Positions 34,512 to 46,561 of a DNA stretch of 64,000 nucleotides are shown here, piece by piece (the first letter of the stretch is position 1; each line of letters opens with the position of its first letter). The DNA comes from Geosiphon pyriformis uo1 (lineage: Eukaryota > Fungi > Glomeromycota), in assembly GCA_016748015.1 (NCBI GenBank), contig JAAOMT010000028.1, positions 78,001 through 142,000 of the forward strand. The letters are read 5' to 3'. A program made the position numbers and the translations under genes. The notes under the pieces are model-generated. The model was given only the letters and a program-made list of their open reading frames with translations. It was not told where the DNA came from and did not search any database.

Positions 34512-35687
34512 ATGAATAAAGTCATTGAAAATAAAATGAAAGAAATTACCTCGTGTCATATAGAGCTTGCCGCAGCAAGCTTGACGATTCCTAGTTCTGC
34601 TTCACTCGTTATTAAAGGGAATATACACTTTAATCTTGCCTCTTCGTTAAAGCTTAGTCAAATAGTATTAAAATTGCATGGATACTCTCAATTTGATAAC
34701 TCACAAAAATCGGCCATTACGCGTAATGTGAATGTAAAAGATTTGATAAAACAGAAACTTACTGTTGTCAACATCACTACAAATTATCCCGTCGGTGGAA
34801 CAATTTTGCCGTTTGTCTTGATCATCAAAAACCCACAAGTGCTCCCGGCAAGTGTGGAAGGAAAACACGCGCAGATACGTTACGTTTTGATAGCAGAGCT
34901 GACCAAGGCGGGTCACCCACCCGGAGTCTTTAAAGCTACTAAAAATGTGATTTTACGAAAGAGGATATCGGAAGGCGTGATTGATCTAAATGAAAAATTG
35001 GTGTTGGAGGATGAAAAAGAGAATTTGCTAAAATATCGAGTTCTAGTTTCAAAATATTTAATTGTCAGTGACATCGCAGGGCAGGAAGGTGACGATGCAA
35101 TGCCACGCGGTACGATCAAAGTTGAAGCATCATTTGAATCGCTTGCCGAAAAAACTGCGGTAAAAGAGGTTAAAGTCGAGGCTTTTGAATATGAAATGTA
35201 TAATTTCGCTAAAGTTGGCACTACTAGTAGCGGTGGATCGACCTCGACTCCTACAAAACCGTGAGTTACAAAATCTTATCATCGAGGTTCTGCTTTCATT
35301 TTGGTAAAAATCACCAATTTTTATTTCCTCAATATCAGAACTGCAGGAGCTAAATCTGGGACAAAACCTAAATCCACAAATGTTGCTTCGCGTACAGCTG
35401 GCAAGATTCCAGCATTTTCTGCAATTTCCATTCCGAATCCACACCATACCAACCCTATTCTAACACCCGCACTCTCTATACCTATCGCTTCAACTGGCTC
35501 ACCCGTGGCAAATTTTGAAATTCCAATCACTACAAAAATGAAGCCGGACTCGAATGCATCATTTTTGGAGGTGAAACATGAAATTGTTTTGACAATTAGA
35601 TTCGAGAAGTTCATGCTAATGCCGCTCAAGTTGGAAGTACCCGTAATTGTGATTACCGATTCCGAAAACCAAGTTTCTGCCACATAG
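34512..35687 (+). CDS. Arrestin-fold (alpha-arrestin-like) protein (intron 35261-35338)
   Basis: IKGNIHFNL...IVLKLHG, LPFVLII..LPASVEG..AQIRYVLIAEL, LEVKHEIVLTIRF..LKLEVPVIV fit the arrestin N/C pattern; the intron keeps frame. Confidence 0.7.
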
Positions 35688-36012
35688 TGCAATAAGAGTT
35701 GTTAAAAAAACAAATCGATGATTTCTCTCGATTACCTTTTCGGGCCCGATATAAACGGTTTACTTATCCTTGGGACTCAATATTTTGTTTTTTTTATTGA
35801 ACTACAGACGGTGGATTATGTTATATTATTAACGAAAGAAAGCTATGCGTAAATGAATATATTCACAAAGGGGAGAAAGTATATTGTACAAAGTTTAAAG
35901 TCCATATCTACAGAGATCATAAAAGATTTTTCTAAAAAATCAAAACCTTAAAAAACTTGCCATATAGAGCATAGAAAGAAATCAGATCATATAATAAATA
36001 ATATAGATTTCA

Positions 36013-38489
36013 TCACAAATCGCCGAGTTCTTTTTTTATTTTACTAATTTCTAGTTGTAACTCATCCAACGAAGCCTTTAATGTTATCACGTCGTCAAAT
36101 TTCCTTTTTCTGGTCGCTTCTTGTATAAAACCTTGAACTTGTTTTTGTTGTTCTACTAACACGGCCAATTGCTGTCGTGGCTTTTCTTCGCCTTTTACTG
36201 ATCGACTAGATGAGACAGAAAGGGATCGAGGGCGTCCATTTGTCCATGCAGCAAGGATAGCATCGGGGGAATCAGAATCCTCGTCATCGTCCTCGTCCTC
36301 GTCTGGGCCCTGGGTTTTCCGCTGCTGGGGATCATTTTTCAAGATCTTTGGCAGCATCGATAAGGGCAACATATTTTGTTGCAAGTATTGATTTGCAGCA
36401 AGGTGAATGTTGGATTGTAACCGTTTTTCTGAATTATTATTGTGGGGTAATGAATTGATTTTTTTACTAATAAAGTCAAATTGGGCGAAATTATCCAGGA
36501 GCTCCTTGCGTGTTCGAGTAGCTAGCTGATAATCTGCGTGCGTTTGGTTAACGATTTCCTTGGTCCTATGAAGTTCAGAATGAAATACTGGGGTTGAACG
36601 TGATAATTTCTCAAATCATTAATAAAATTCAAATATAAATCTTAACTGTAACATGTCAAGCATGTCTTGGAATTTTGGTAAAGTTTTATCAATCGCATGT
36701 CGGATCTTTGTCAATTTCTAGGATCGAATAAAGCAGTTAGAAAGGATAGCCCGAGATTTTGAAACAATCTCCTCATACCTGATATAGCAAGACTACCTGG
36801 GCCGGTTTGGAGAGTTCCTCGTTGTACTCTCTCCGCCTAAAATTGAAGAACATCTTTGGGTCAAATATTGTATCCTCTATAGTGATCATGAAAATGAAAC
36901 ATCTTCAAATACCTGAACACAGCTGTTCGGCATTCTCGACAAACACGAACCTCCCCAACGGGATCTTGATCCACTGGATCTGACATAGGAAAAGACAGGT
37001 AATGAATAAGATATTCAAGCAGTTTAAAGATTTTTATCGTTGTCATTTAACAAACCTGGATTATTATGCAGATTTAAAGAAACTTTTGATGAGCATTTTT
37101 CACAAATAACACGTCCACATAGCCGACAATGATGTTTGCGATTTGTGATTTTTCCGAATGAAGTCCTATGTGGATAAAAATCATAAATCGGGGAGCAATA
37201 GATTATGAATCAAAAGAGATTGAAAGGGGTATTAAGTTCAAGATAGCACTTACTTGCAAATAGGGCAATTGGTTACGGAGGAATCATCCTCCCATTTTAC
37301 GATTGCCTGTTCAGACACTATTTTCAAGAAAGATGATAATAAAAATATCCTTGCTGTATGCCGTTAAGAAAAACTTGAAAATTTCAAACCTCTACGTCGA
37401 TGCTTAAGTGTTGTCAGAGGTGGTTTTAAACCAGTATTACTGAAATTCGTTGGCTTGGCTGGGGTGGCATATAGCTTTGCGAGCTGAAAGTATCATAGGA
37501 TGGATACCAAATCATATATATTATAGATTGTGGTGAAGCAGCTTTGCCATCCAATGTCATATGAAGAAGCACTACCTTTTCCAGCCTCTTCTCCAATCGA
37601 TTTCCTTCCAAGTGGGCTTTCTCCATGCCTTTATGGCGAGCTTTAGCAAAAGCTGTTGTATGACTTTTCGTGAAACCTATTCAGATGGGGAAAATGGGAC
37701 TAGATTGACACACTTTGAAAACCAGTTTCTTTGGAAAAGAAAACGGTAAATTAAAAATTAATAAATATCGTTACTAAACTAACCCTCGATATCTAAGTAT
37801 CCATCGCGCGATTCAAAACAATCATCGCACACTCGACACCAAGTTCCATCGACTGGATCATGTTTAGCCAACTTATTTAATTTTATTTGTAGATGGCAAT
37901 GGGAATCACAAAATAGCTTCCCGCATCTAAAATGAAAATCAGTGTCAAAATCGAAACCGAATTGAATCGCGTATCGATATTTAGATAAATAGGCATACTT
38001 TCTACAATTTTGCTTTCCATTTTTCAAGTTAAGCTGCTTATCACAATTGGATTTCGTGCAAAAATCGTTTTCGCTAGGAAGTTGCCAATGTCCTTTGGCC
38101 ACATAATCAGGTTGTTCATCACTGATCATACCAACGTCTAGTTCGTTCAACTTACTGATCACTGTTTGTGACAAGTTACTCGAGATGTTAGTGAGTTTAG
38201 TCCTAGTCAGCGGTGCTTTAGAAAGTTGCTTCCCAATGGTATTCTGTGCATTTCGAAACCAATTCAAAATTCCGTCCTTTTGGTCAATCGAAGTGTCGCT
38301 ATGAAGATCGTCGAGATGTTGGTTGAGCTGGAGGAGCGAAATCATGGTTTCGTTACATATTGGACACTCAAGTTGTTGTAGGTTTGAAGAATCATCGAAT
38401 ATTAATGATTCTCGTGGTGAGTTATTTCCCAGGAAAGGTGAAGGTGTTGAACTATTTGAAAGTGATCCACTATCTGATACAGAACTCAT
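36013..38489 (-). CDS. PEP7: Vac1/Pep7/rabenosyn-5 homolog (C2H2 finger, two FYVE fingers, C-terminal Rab-binding helices), multi-exon
   Basis: CPICNETMISLLQLNQHLDDLH; HW..C..C..KQNCRKCGKLFC..C; WEDDSSVTNCPIC..RKHHCRLCGRVIC; QQKQVQGFIQEATRKRKFDDVITLKASLDEL. Confidence 0.92.
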
Positions 38490-38837
38490 TTTTGAAGGAA
38501 TTATTCGTAGCAACGAAAAGGTTGAAAATTTTCGTGCAAGACTTGTGTAAAATGGGGTATGATTGATCTCCCAGCTACACTGATCCAGACCAATAGACAT
38601 TAACGATCAGAACATGCCAAGTGTTTCTTGAATTCAAAATTTCGCTTTTGATTAGTAAATTTATGACCTAACTTTAGTTCTAACAGATGATTATTATTTC
38701 CGTCAATTGAATTATGCAAGCAAATTTTAGTGTCCTTATTTTCGCGGAGCAGAGCTCAACACTAATATTTAATATAATATATATATTTACTATAATAGTA
38801 TGTACATTTTGTGCATAAAGCCAATATTTATGCGATT

Positions 38838-41478
38838 TCAATCCAACCTCAACCCCCTTAAAATCTCCCTCAACCTTGTCTCCGTATCTTCTCGTTCTTC
38901 ATTATGCCAGAACTGTCTACCTCTCTCCTCTCTTTCAAAAACTACCCTCTGAATACTAGAATCAGATGGAGCCACCGGTAAAGAGCCCTTCTCCAACCAC
39001 TTCTTTTTCAACTCATACTCCTCCTTTAAGATGAGTTCATCAGCCCAACTCGGAAAAGCCAACAGACATTGCTGCACTGTATATCGCAGCAAACCAAGAA
39101 TGTGTTCGGTAAACCAGATCAATCCAAAGGTCACGAATACAGAAGCACCGGTCGCATAGGCATTCGTACTGGGATGATAAAGATGGACGAGGGATGGGTT
39201 GGTAATGGATGAGAGCCAGGTGATCATGGTCTATATCGAATATGAAAAGGAAATTTCTTATTTCCTTTTGTTCACTCATTATGAATGAAAAACAGGCAAA
39301 AAAATTACCAAATTATCCAACCACGGCCCAATGCTGTCAGCCCGCGCCGGGATTGGTCTTCTGGTGTGAACGCAAAGTTTAATTGCATCGGAACGAAGTT
39401 CAACCCAATTGTTTAATAATGCAAACACAGGCGCCAAGGGCCAAGCTGGCGAGAACAGGCTCACATATCCATACTATTTAGATTTAAAGCAATTTTAAAA
39501 TGGATCAATGAATAAATAACTTCAAAAGAATGACATACTTGAGTAATCAGCTCAGCATAATCTTCGTAAATCTCATACACGGGCAACGAAACCTCTTTAC
39601 GAACTCTACTCAAAAAGGCCTCCTCATTTTCATCGTCACTAGATTGACTATTCTTCCGATTGAGTGTTCGGTCAATAGTTCGACTGACGCCTCCTGATAT
39701 TATTCGGGTCAAGTAGGGTACGACCAGTTCCATAAATAAACTCGTCCCTTGACCAGTAATGATGAAATATTTAAGCTCAGTTTTGAGTCGCATAGGCCCA
39801 ACTGGCTTCAAGGTGAGAGATAATCCCATAGCATCAAAAATCGTTTGGAAGAATTGACCGATTTGCGCGTTATAAGGAATATAAATCCACCCGATAAAGA
39901 ATATCGAAAGATACCCCACAAGGAAGTTAGCGATAAATATCTTTTGTGTCAGGCTAAATTCGTAATTCGATTCTGTCTCGTTATTTTCATACTCATTGAG
40001 GCGTCGAGCAATTCTTATGTAAACGATATTAAGAGTAGGAACCAATGCGCAGTAGAGAAATGTTGGGAGGTATACCTAATATCATGATTAATTATTTTAG
40101 TTATGCTTGAAACATAAAGGGAAATTTGAGGCTATTACTTGCCACTTGATTTCTGAATGGTCCGGTATAATATTCGGAGATAATTAATTCCAAGACAATA
40201 TAAATAATGAGTACAGCAGCTAGAATCAGGCTGAATAATAATATGACAGGCGCAGCAATGATCCGTCTTAACCATCTCTTCCAGAATGGAAAGTAAGGTT
40301 GCAATTCCCCGGTGATAGGGTTCTGAATTAATGCCTCTTGTTGGAAAGTCGGTCGCCGTTGTTCAACACGAGAAAAGTTATGAACACCCCACCAGATCGA
40401 TAATTCTCGTTCTTTTCGACGCCAAAACTCGGTAAAGATCACAGACCAGATGACAGTAAAGACCGCAAACGGAATTGAATAATCGTTCAGAAATAAATAA
40501 GTTAGCAGACCAGCGACTGATGGCGCAATCAACCATAGGCAATAAAATTGCAGGAAAGCGAAGTAAAAGGCGATCTGAAAGAGAAGTAAATAAATTCTTA
40601 GATTTAAAATAGAAATAGATTTTAGAAAGATAATGTTGATGAAGAATCGTATTTACCTTTTCACCAAAATGATTTCTTAAATTCATTAAATCATGTTTAT
40701 CGATTACCCATTTTGTCGACCAAGATTTTATCCAGTTCTACGAGTTATAAATATATGACGGGGATGATGTATCATTTCTTCTTTTTCAAAGAGGAAACTT
40801 GAAAGTCTATGAATTCGAGAAAGCTGACCTTACTTGATTATAATCCCTATCATGAATAGGTAATAGACTGGTGACAAGTTCGAAATCACCTAAGCGAGGA
40901 TAAATGCCAGCGCCATCGTCATTTGTCGACCGGGTAATGATATCGTGGACCAGCCTTAATCGCTCGGCCTCATTTAACGAGACATCGCTTCCTGAGACAT
41001 TGTCATCATCGATATCTCGGATTCGAACGCCCTTTAACCAGTCGTGAACTCTGAAGACGGATAAAATATTTATACACTCGTTAGTACAATTGGATTTCAA
41101 TTTATTTTCGAATACTCAAAATTCAAAGCCAAAATATTAGATTTTTAAATACCTGGCGCGATAAACTTCTTTTTTTAACCTTTCAGCCGAGCAGAGCACA
41201 AAAATGAATATCATGTCTTCTTGGCTCCGTGATAATTCGCACTCGAGGCCAACATTCTCTAGATTCTTTAAGACTAGTTTGCATGTGTCAAGCAGCTTGG
41301 ACTTAAAGTGCTCTCTATTTGTGAGAAACGGAACTTTCGAATCGATTACAAGAACGTAGTCAGCGAACCCTTCTTTGCCGCCTACTTGGCGCAGCTGATG
41401 AAATATGAGACGCTGTGCGTCTTGAATCATACGGGCTGCAGAGGCTGTAGTTGTTAAAGGGATGTATTCGTCAGCCAT
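38838..41478 (-). CDS. IST2: Anoctamin/TMEM16 family (Ist2-like) protein, multi-exon
   Basis: DYVLV, AERLRLVH, LRNHFGEKIAFYFAFL, EFWRRKE, YENNETES..YE.SL..KIF, EDYAELITQ, AWPLAP..ALLNNWVELRSDA.K, RADSIGPWL. Confidence 0.93.
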
Positions 41479-41995
41479 GGCTGAAATTTTTCAAACCAAA
41501 ATTTTTTTTTTGCGGGATTTTGACTTATTAACTTTTGTAAAAGCGCAGTAGTTATTGGCTAACTTGTTTGAGCAGAAACCGTGCTCAACACGTTGTTTAA
41601 ACGAGATCTCACGTTTGTGTAATTTCCTACTATGGAAATCCTTTACTTTTCGCAAATTCTCAAATAAATTTTTAATTTTTCCAGTTTGCTTTCCCATTAC
41701 TTTAGGTTTCACTATTAAAACTCACCTCTGATATATGTGTCAAAGTTGAAAACTTTCTTTGTTATGGGAGTGAGGCAGAATTTTGAAATCCGAAACAATA
41801 TTATGACCACACCAAATCTTTTGGGTGCTAATCTTATTTGGACCAGCGGAGGTAAACTGAGACTAAACATGTAATTGGTTTCCTTCGCAGAAAACAAGAG
41901 AAAGTGAAAAACGGAAGTGAACCTGATTTGAAATAACGAAGCGGAGACAAAACTAAGCACCAAACAAATGGATATTTTTATTTTTATTTATTAGG

Positions 41996-42577
41996 AAAAT
42001 GTAGATATGCCACTCCGGATGGATTGTAACCCGCCACAGTAGGTAGACATTGCTAAATAAGAGGACTATTTCCTGCATGAGGATCAAGCAATGCCTGGGG
42101 GACCCCGAGCGCCATTTCATCTCTGTCGATTACAGCCTTATTTGGATAAAAACACGGACTCTTAACGTTGACGGAAACGGTAATGTGCCTAGCAGACCAT
42201 TTTCCGGCGTAATTTTCCTCGCCTTACGATTCGTCATGTTTGATAAGTCAAACGCGGGATGACGATTGCGTCAAACTCGCGAATAAAGAACACAATTACC
42301 CCTCCGTGGATTTCACTCTTCAGATGCAACTCCTTCGTCGTATTTGCGAGACTACTTTTTCGAGTCGCCAGGCCCATCGTTTATTATGCTTTGAAGGAGA
42401 AACGAGGTCATCTGCCTGCTTGGGTTTCGCGTAATTGTCTTTGAGTCTCATAGACCCGGGAAAACGCTTATTTGTTGGTTTGTCGAGAACTCGTAAGTTT
42501 GCCCTCGGATGTAATCTTGTGCAGATAGGCACGTATTGTTTCTGCGCTTAGTTTCGGAGTGGAAAGGCCATAGCACG
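41996..42577. ncRNA. Candidate structured non-coding RNA, block 1 (~570 nt; identity and strand unresolved)
   Basis: GC- and CpG-rich, no credible ORF; terminal pairing ccactccg (42010-42017) / cggagtgg (42555-42562) plus several nested helices. Confidence 0.45.
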
Positions 42578-42784
42578 CGTTTATTCTTATTACAAAAAAA
42601 ATTGAAATTGAAAAATGTAGTTCTAGAATTTAAAGAAACTAAAATCTTTACTTGTGTCGATGTGAATATACATGAATTGACGAAGTGTGAAGATATGAGG
42701 CATAAAAACGATTCCACGATGTGATGACTTACATGACTGAAACGTAAAAAGTGCTGGCGCACCTTGTAACTAATAATTTTCCCT

Positions 42785-43470
42785 CACACTGTTAATGGCT
42801 TCATCAGTGATATTAGCAGGAGCTAAATCTCAGCAACCTCTTAAGACAGACGACGGTTGGCATTTTGCTTCTTTAACACGATAAAACGCCCTTTGTTCCA
42901 CCCCATTACGATATTAAAGGCAAATATCGCCAAGCCCACCCGCCGCTTCAAGAACTGCTTCTGAGGGTGGTTGGGATACACCTTGACCAGTTTAGAGTTT
43001 CTCCAGAGAGTCGTCCCTTGTTGCGTAGTGCACTTTTTTCTTATTTAGCTGCTCGCCGTTCTTGCATTCTCCAGATTAAGAAAGTGTCGCTGGAAAAGAT
43101 ATCCTGAGAAAGTTCGTGCTTTTCTGAGGTTTCGTTGTCCAAGAGAACCATGAGTTACAGAAGGGAATATATATTAGAGGAAAGACAAAGCGGGAGACGG
43201 CTGCAATAGGCAACCACAACTTCTGAGGCCACTCTGCGACTTGCCCATTCCAATGTGGCCTTAAGTCCTGGTCGTTTTAACTTGGCAGAGCCGATATCAC
43301 TGAGAAGTTCGTAGGTTGGAAATCGAGAAAGAAGAAGCCGCTTTTGTCGCTTAAAATCCTATTTTGCTTGGCGTTAAAGCGACTGGCATAGAAGTAACCT
43401 TTCTTAATAGCGGAAGTGGTGGGGCAGCGGTGGTAGGCCGCATTATGGAAAAGTGTGCAGAGAAATAGAT
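42785..43470 (+). ncRNA. Candidate structured non-coding RNA, block 2 (~680 nt; identity unresolved)
   Basis: No ORF of 60 aa or more in the track; long-range helices whose G-U pairs work only on the + strand (42798-42817/43290-43308; 42940-42949/43413-43422; 43270-43281/43373-43384). Confidence 0.5.
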
Positions 43471-43645
43471 GGAAAGAGAAAAATATTAGTTAAACATTTT
43501 CAAGTTATTATTATATAAATCCAGTAATTATTTATTTTTGTAATAATAAAAGATTAAATTCCGCATTCACAAATAATTAATAATTCAGTCTGCTTTATGG
43601 TCAGATGCTCTGAATTTCTCTTATTGTTGACTCAATTCTGAAATT

Positions 43646-45825
43646 ATGGCAACCACATTGAGTGCCTCTAGCAAAACTCCAAAGTCGAGTGGTTCTAAAG
43701 CTAAAAAAGCTAAATCAAAACGTACAGGACGGAAACTTGCCACTAGGACAAAAGTAATTGTTCGTCGTTTACCTCCTAACGTCCCAGAGGAAAAGTTTTT
43801 AGAGTCGGTCAAACCTTGGGCTAACGAGCTAACCACTGACTGGTACGTGTTTTACCCTGGTAGAGTTAGCAAAAGGTAAAGAAAAGACTTGTATATCTTT
43901 GATTATCCAAATTATCGTCGATTTCTTGGTGATCAAACTCTTGGGAACTTTTTTCGAGGTTCATAGCAAGAATAAGGAAAACATATTCTCGCGAGCTTAT
44001 TTTCACTTCAAAACCAGCGAAAATGTGTTAGAATTTCATCGTGGATATGATAATCATTTGTTTATTGACAGTAAAGGTTTGATTCAGAAAGTTTGTCCAA
44101 AATCGTTTACAATTGAAAAACCCAGCTATTAATTCATCAACAATTTTGACCAGGAGTCGAAACGAGGGCTATAGTCGAATTTGCAACTTTTCAGAAATTG
44201 CCCAAAGACCATAAGAAAGTCGACCCACGACAGGGAACTATTGATAGCGGTAAATTTTAAAAAAATTACCAGATCCTTACTACTCTTCTCTCTAGATTTT
44301 ACCCTTTTATATTCAACGAATAGATCTTGATTACCTCGCGTTTGTTGAATCATTGAAGGCGGAAGAAAATGCTCAAACTGCTTCAAAGGAGATTAATGCT
44401 GCCTCAGAATCAGGCGCTACCCAGCTTGAAAGATTGGAGACAAAATTAGCTGCTATTGCTGGTGCGAACTCTATATATTACAATATTTCAATTCAACCAT
44501 CCTAAAATTTCTATTATTTTAATAAACGTCTAAATACAATTATCAAAGCAAACGCAGCTGCTGTCGCAGCTGCTGTTCGAAAACCAAAAACAACACCACT
44601 ATTAGAGCATATCCGTGCATTAAAGTCTGGAACAAAAGCGAAATCTCCAACTTTAAAGTCACCTCCAATGGGTATCTTGGTTTCTCCTGTTTCACCCAAA
44701 GTGCCAAACAATGGATCACCCAACCCATCTAATAAACAATTATTACGTGCAAATAAAACGCCTGAGCTTGTCCCGCGATTGCCTCTGTCGGCTCCTGGAA
44801 GCCCCGGAAAACCAAGTAGAAAAGAAAGAGAGAGGAAGAAGCGAGAAAAAGAAAAAGAAAGAAGAGATAAAGGAAAAGAAAGAGAGAAAGATAAGCAGAA
44901 GGAAAAGGGAAAGGAAGAGAGAGAGAAGGAAAAAGATAAAGAGACGGAGGGTTCTTTTAAAGAACAGGATAAAGGAAATCAAACTCACGAAGCTAAAGAT
45001 GCAGGGAAAGAAAAGGACATTGGAAAAGACCGCGAGTTTATTAGAGAAAAGGAGAGAGAAAGAAGAAAGCAAAGGGATCGTGAGAGACGCGAAGCTAAAG
45101 CACAAGCTGCTGTTGCTCAATCACAGCAGTCACAATACCCGGCTTCGACAACCTCTGATACCAATAATACAAATCCGGATAGGAGTTCAGAAAAAAGTCC
45201 AGAGAGAAGATTTGATCGTAGAGACGCGAAAAGAAAAATCTCCATTCAACAGAGGCAAAAAGATCAAATCCGACAAATAATTCAACGTCCTTCTGCTACG
45301 AAGGAAGAGGAATCTGAAGCGGTTCAACCAACTGAATTGTCAGCTACCGCTACAGCGAAACCAACTTCCCAGCCAGAGAGTATAAATCCATCATCTCATC
45401 CTCCCTCTCCTTTAAGCGCACCAAAAACACCAACATCTCCTACAAGACCTAAAGAGCATCATCCTCGTCGTCGTGACCGTGACCGTGATCGAGACCGCAA
45501 CAAAAGGCAAAGTGCAGAAATGAAACCGATACCTCAAATAAAAATTTTGACCAAACCACCCACGCCTAAGTTAACTGATAAAATATCCGAAAGTCTTCCA
45601 TCTTATGCTACTAGTCCAAATGCTTCATCAATCACCTCTGGATTGACTACTGATATAACAAATAATGGTACCCCGACTATTGTAGCATCCACCAGTTCCT
45701 CCAGTCCTATTGTTGAACCAATTGCTACTGTGAAAACTGCAACACAACAACAACACAATGGTCCCCATAGTCCGTATCGAGGGCGTGGTGGACGAGGCTA
45801 TTTTGGTAAACGTGGACGTTGGTAA
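43646..45825 (+). CDS. UPF3: Nonsense-mediated decay factor UPF3 (Smg4/UPF3 RRM-like domain + long charged tail), multi-exon
   Basis: TKVIVRRLPPNVPEEKF, SRAYFHFK, FIDSKG, RAIVEFATFQKLP, DPRQGTID.DLDYLAFVESL, KTTPLLEHIR. Confidence 0.92.
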
Positions 45826-46561
45826 TGATTCAATCACGACTTAATGTTCTTTGTTTCAATTTCTTAACAGGAATGGAAATCGGCTTCGACAGTGTAGGAT
45901 AAAAAATTCGGTCATCATTTCAAAATGTGTCCAGTGATAATATATCATTTTAACAGCGAATTTTAATTTTTAGCGCTAAATGATTCAACTATTTATTGAA
46001 TTTCATATGCTTTTATTTGTCAACTCAACTGATCAATTTCATTATAATGTACCTCACTTGTTTAAATGCTTTCAAAAATACCAACAGACTGAAATAATAA
46101 ATTATGTAAAAAGGTAATCTATTTTTTTGATTAAGCAAGAATTCAAAAACAAGATAAAAATCCATTTATTTATTCAGAATTAATGTTTAAAAATATGGGG
46201 TAAAAAACTTGTGTCTTCAATTGTAAAAAGTTGGAGAAAAAACTACATAACAAAAATATAAACACAATTATTTAGTTGTACTGTTTTAAAACAAATAAAA
46301 TCAAAATTAAATATAATTTAAAATTTTATTTAAAATTTTTATTATTAAAATTTATTAATTATAAATTATTATTTTTACAATAATATTAAATACAAAATAA
46401 AAAAGCTTTTTTATCTTTTTTCTAAAAATCTTAAAAAAAGAAAAAGTTTTTTAAAAATGGTTTGTTTTTGTTTTATTTTTATATTATTAAATTAGAAAAC
46501 TTTTTTGTTTAAGATATAACCAAATACAAAACTGGAAAACTTTTTCTTTTTCTTATTTTTT

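Noticed and set aside
37345-37353. ATATCCTT resembling a U12 5' splice site
   Set aside because: It is on the strand opposite the PEP7 transcript, inside a normal GT-AG intron.
42296-42326. Hammerhead-like CUGAAGA-stem on the minus strand (also CUGAUGA at 42801-42807, minus)
   Set aside because: Stem II is followed by GGAG rather than GAAA, or lacks the closing pair; no consistent stems I and III.
42005-43330. Assignment of the structured blocks to SRP RNA, RNase P/MRP, U3 or spliceosomal snRNAs
   Set aside because: Only partial motifs are present (UUGUAACCC, CUGUUAAUGGCUU, GAGAAAGUUCG); SRP helix 8, CR-V and snRNA 5' signatures were not found by eye.
44711-45280. Overlapping alternative-frame and antisense ORFs in the UPF3 tail
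   Set aside because: By-products of purine-rich low-complexity K/E/R coding sequence.
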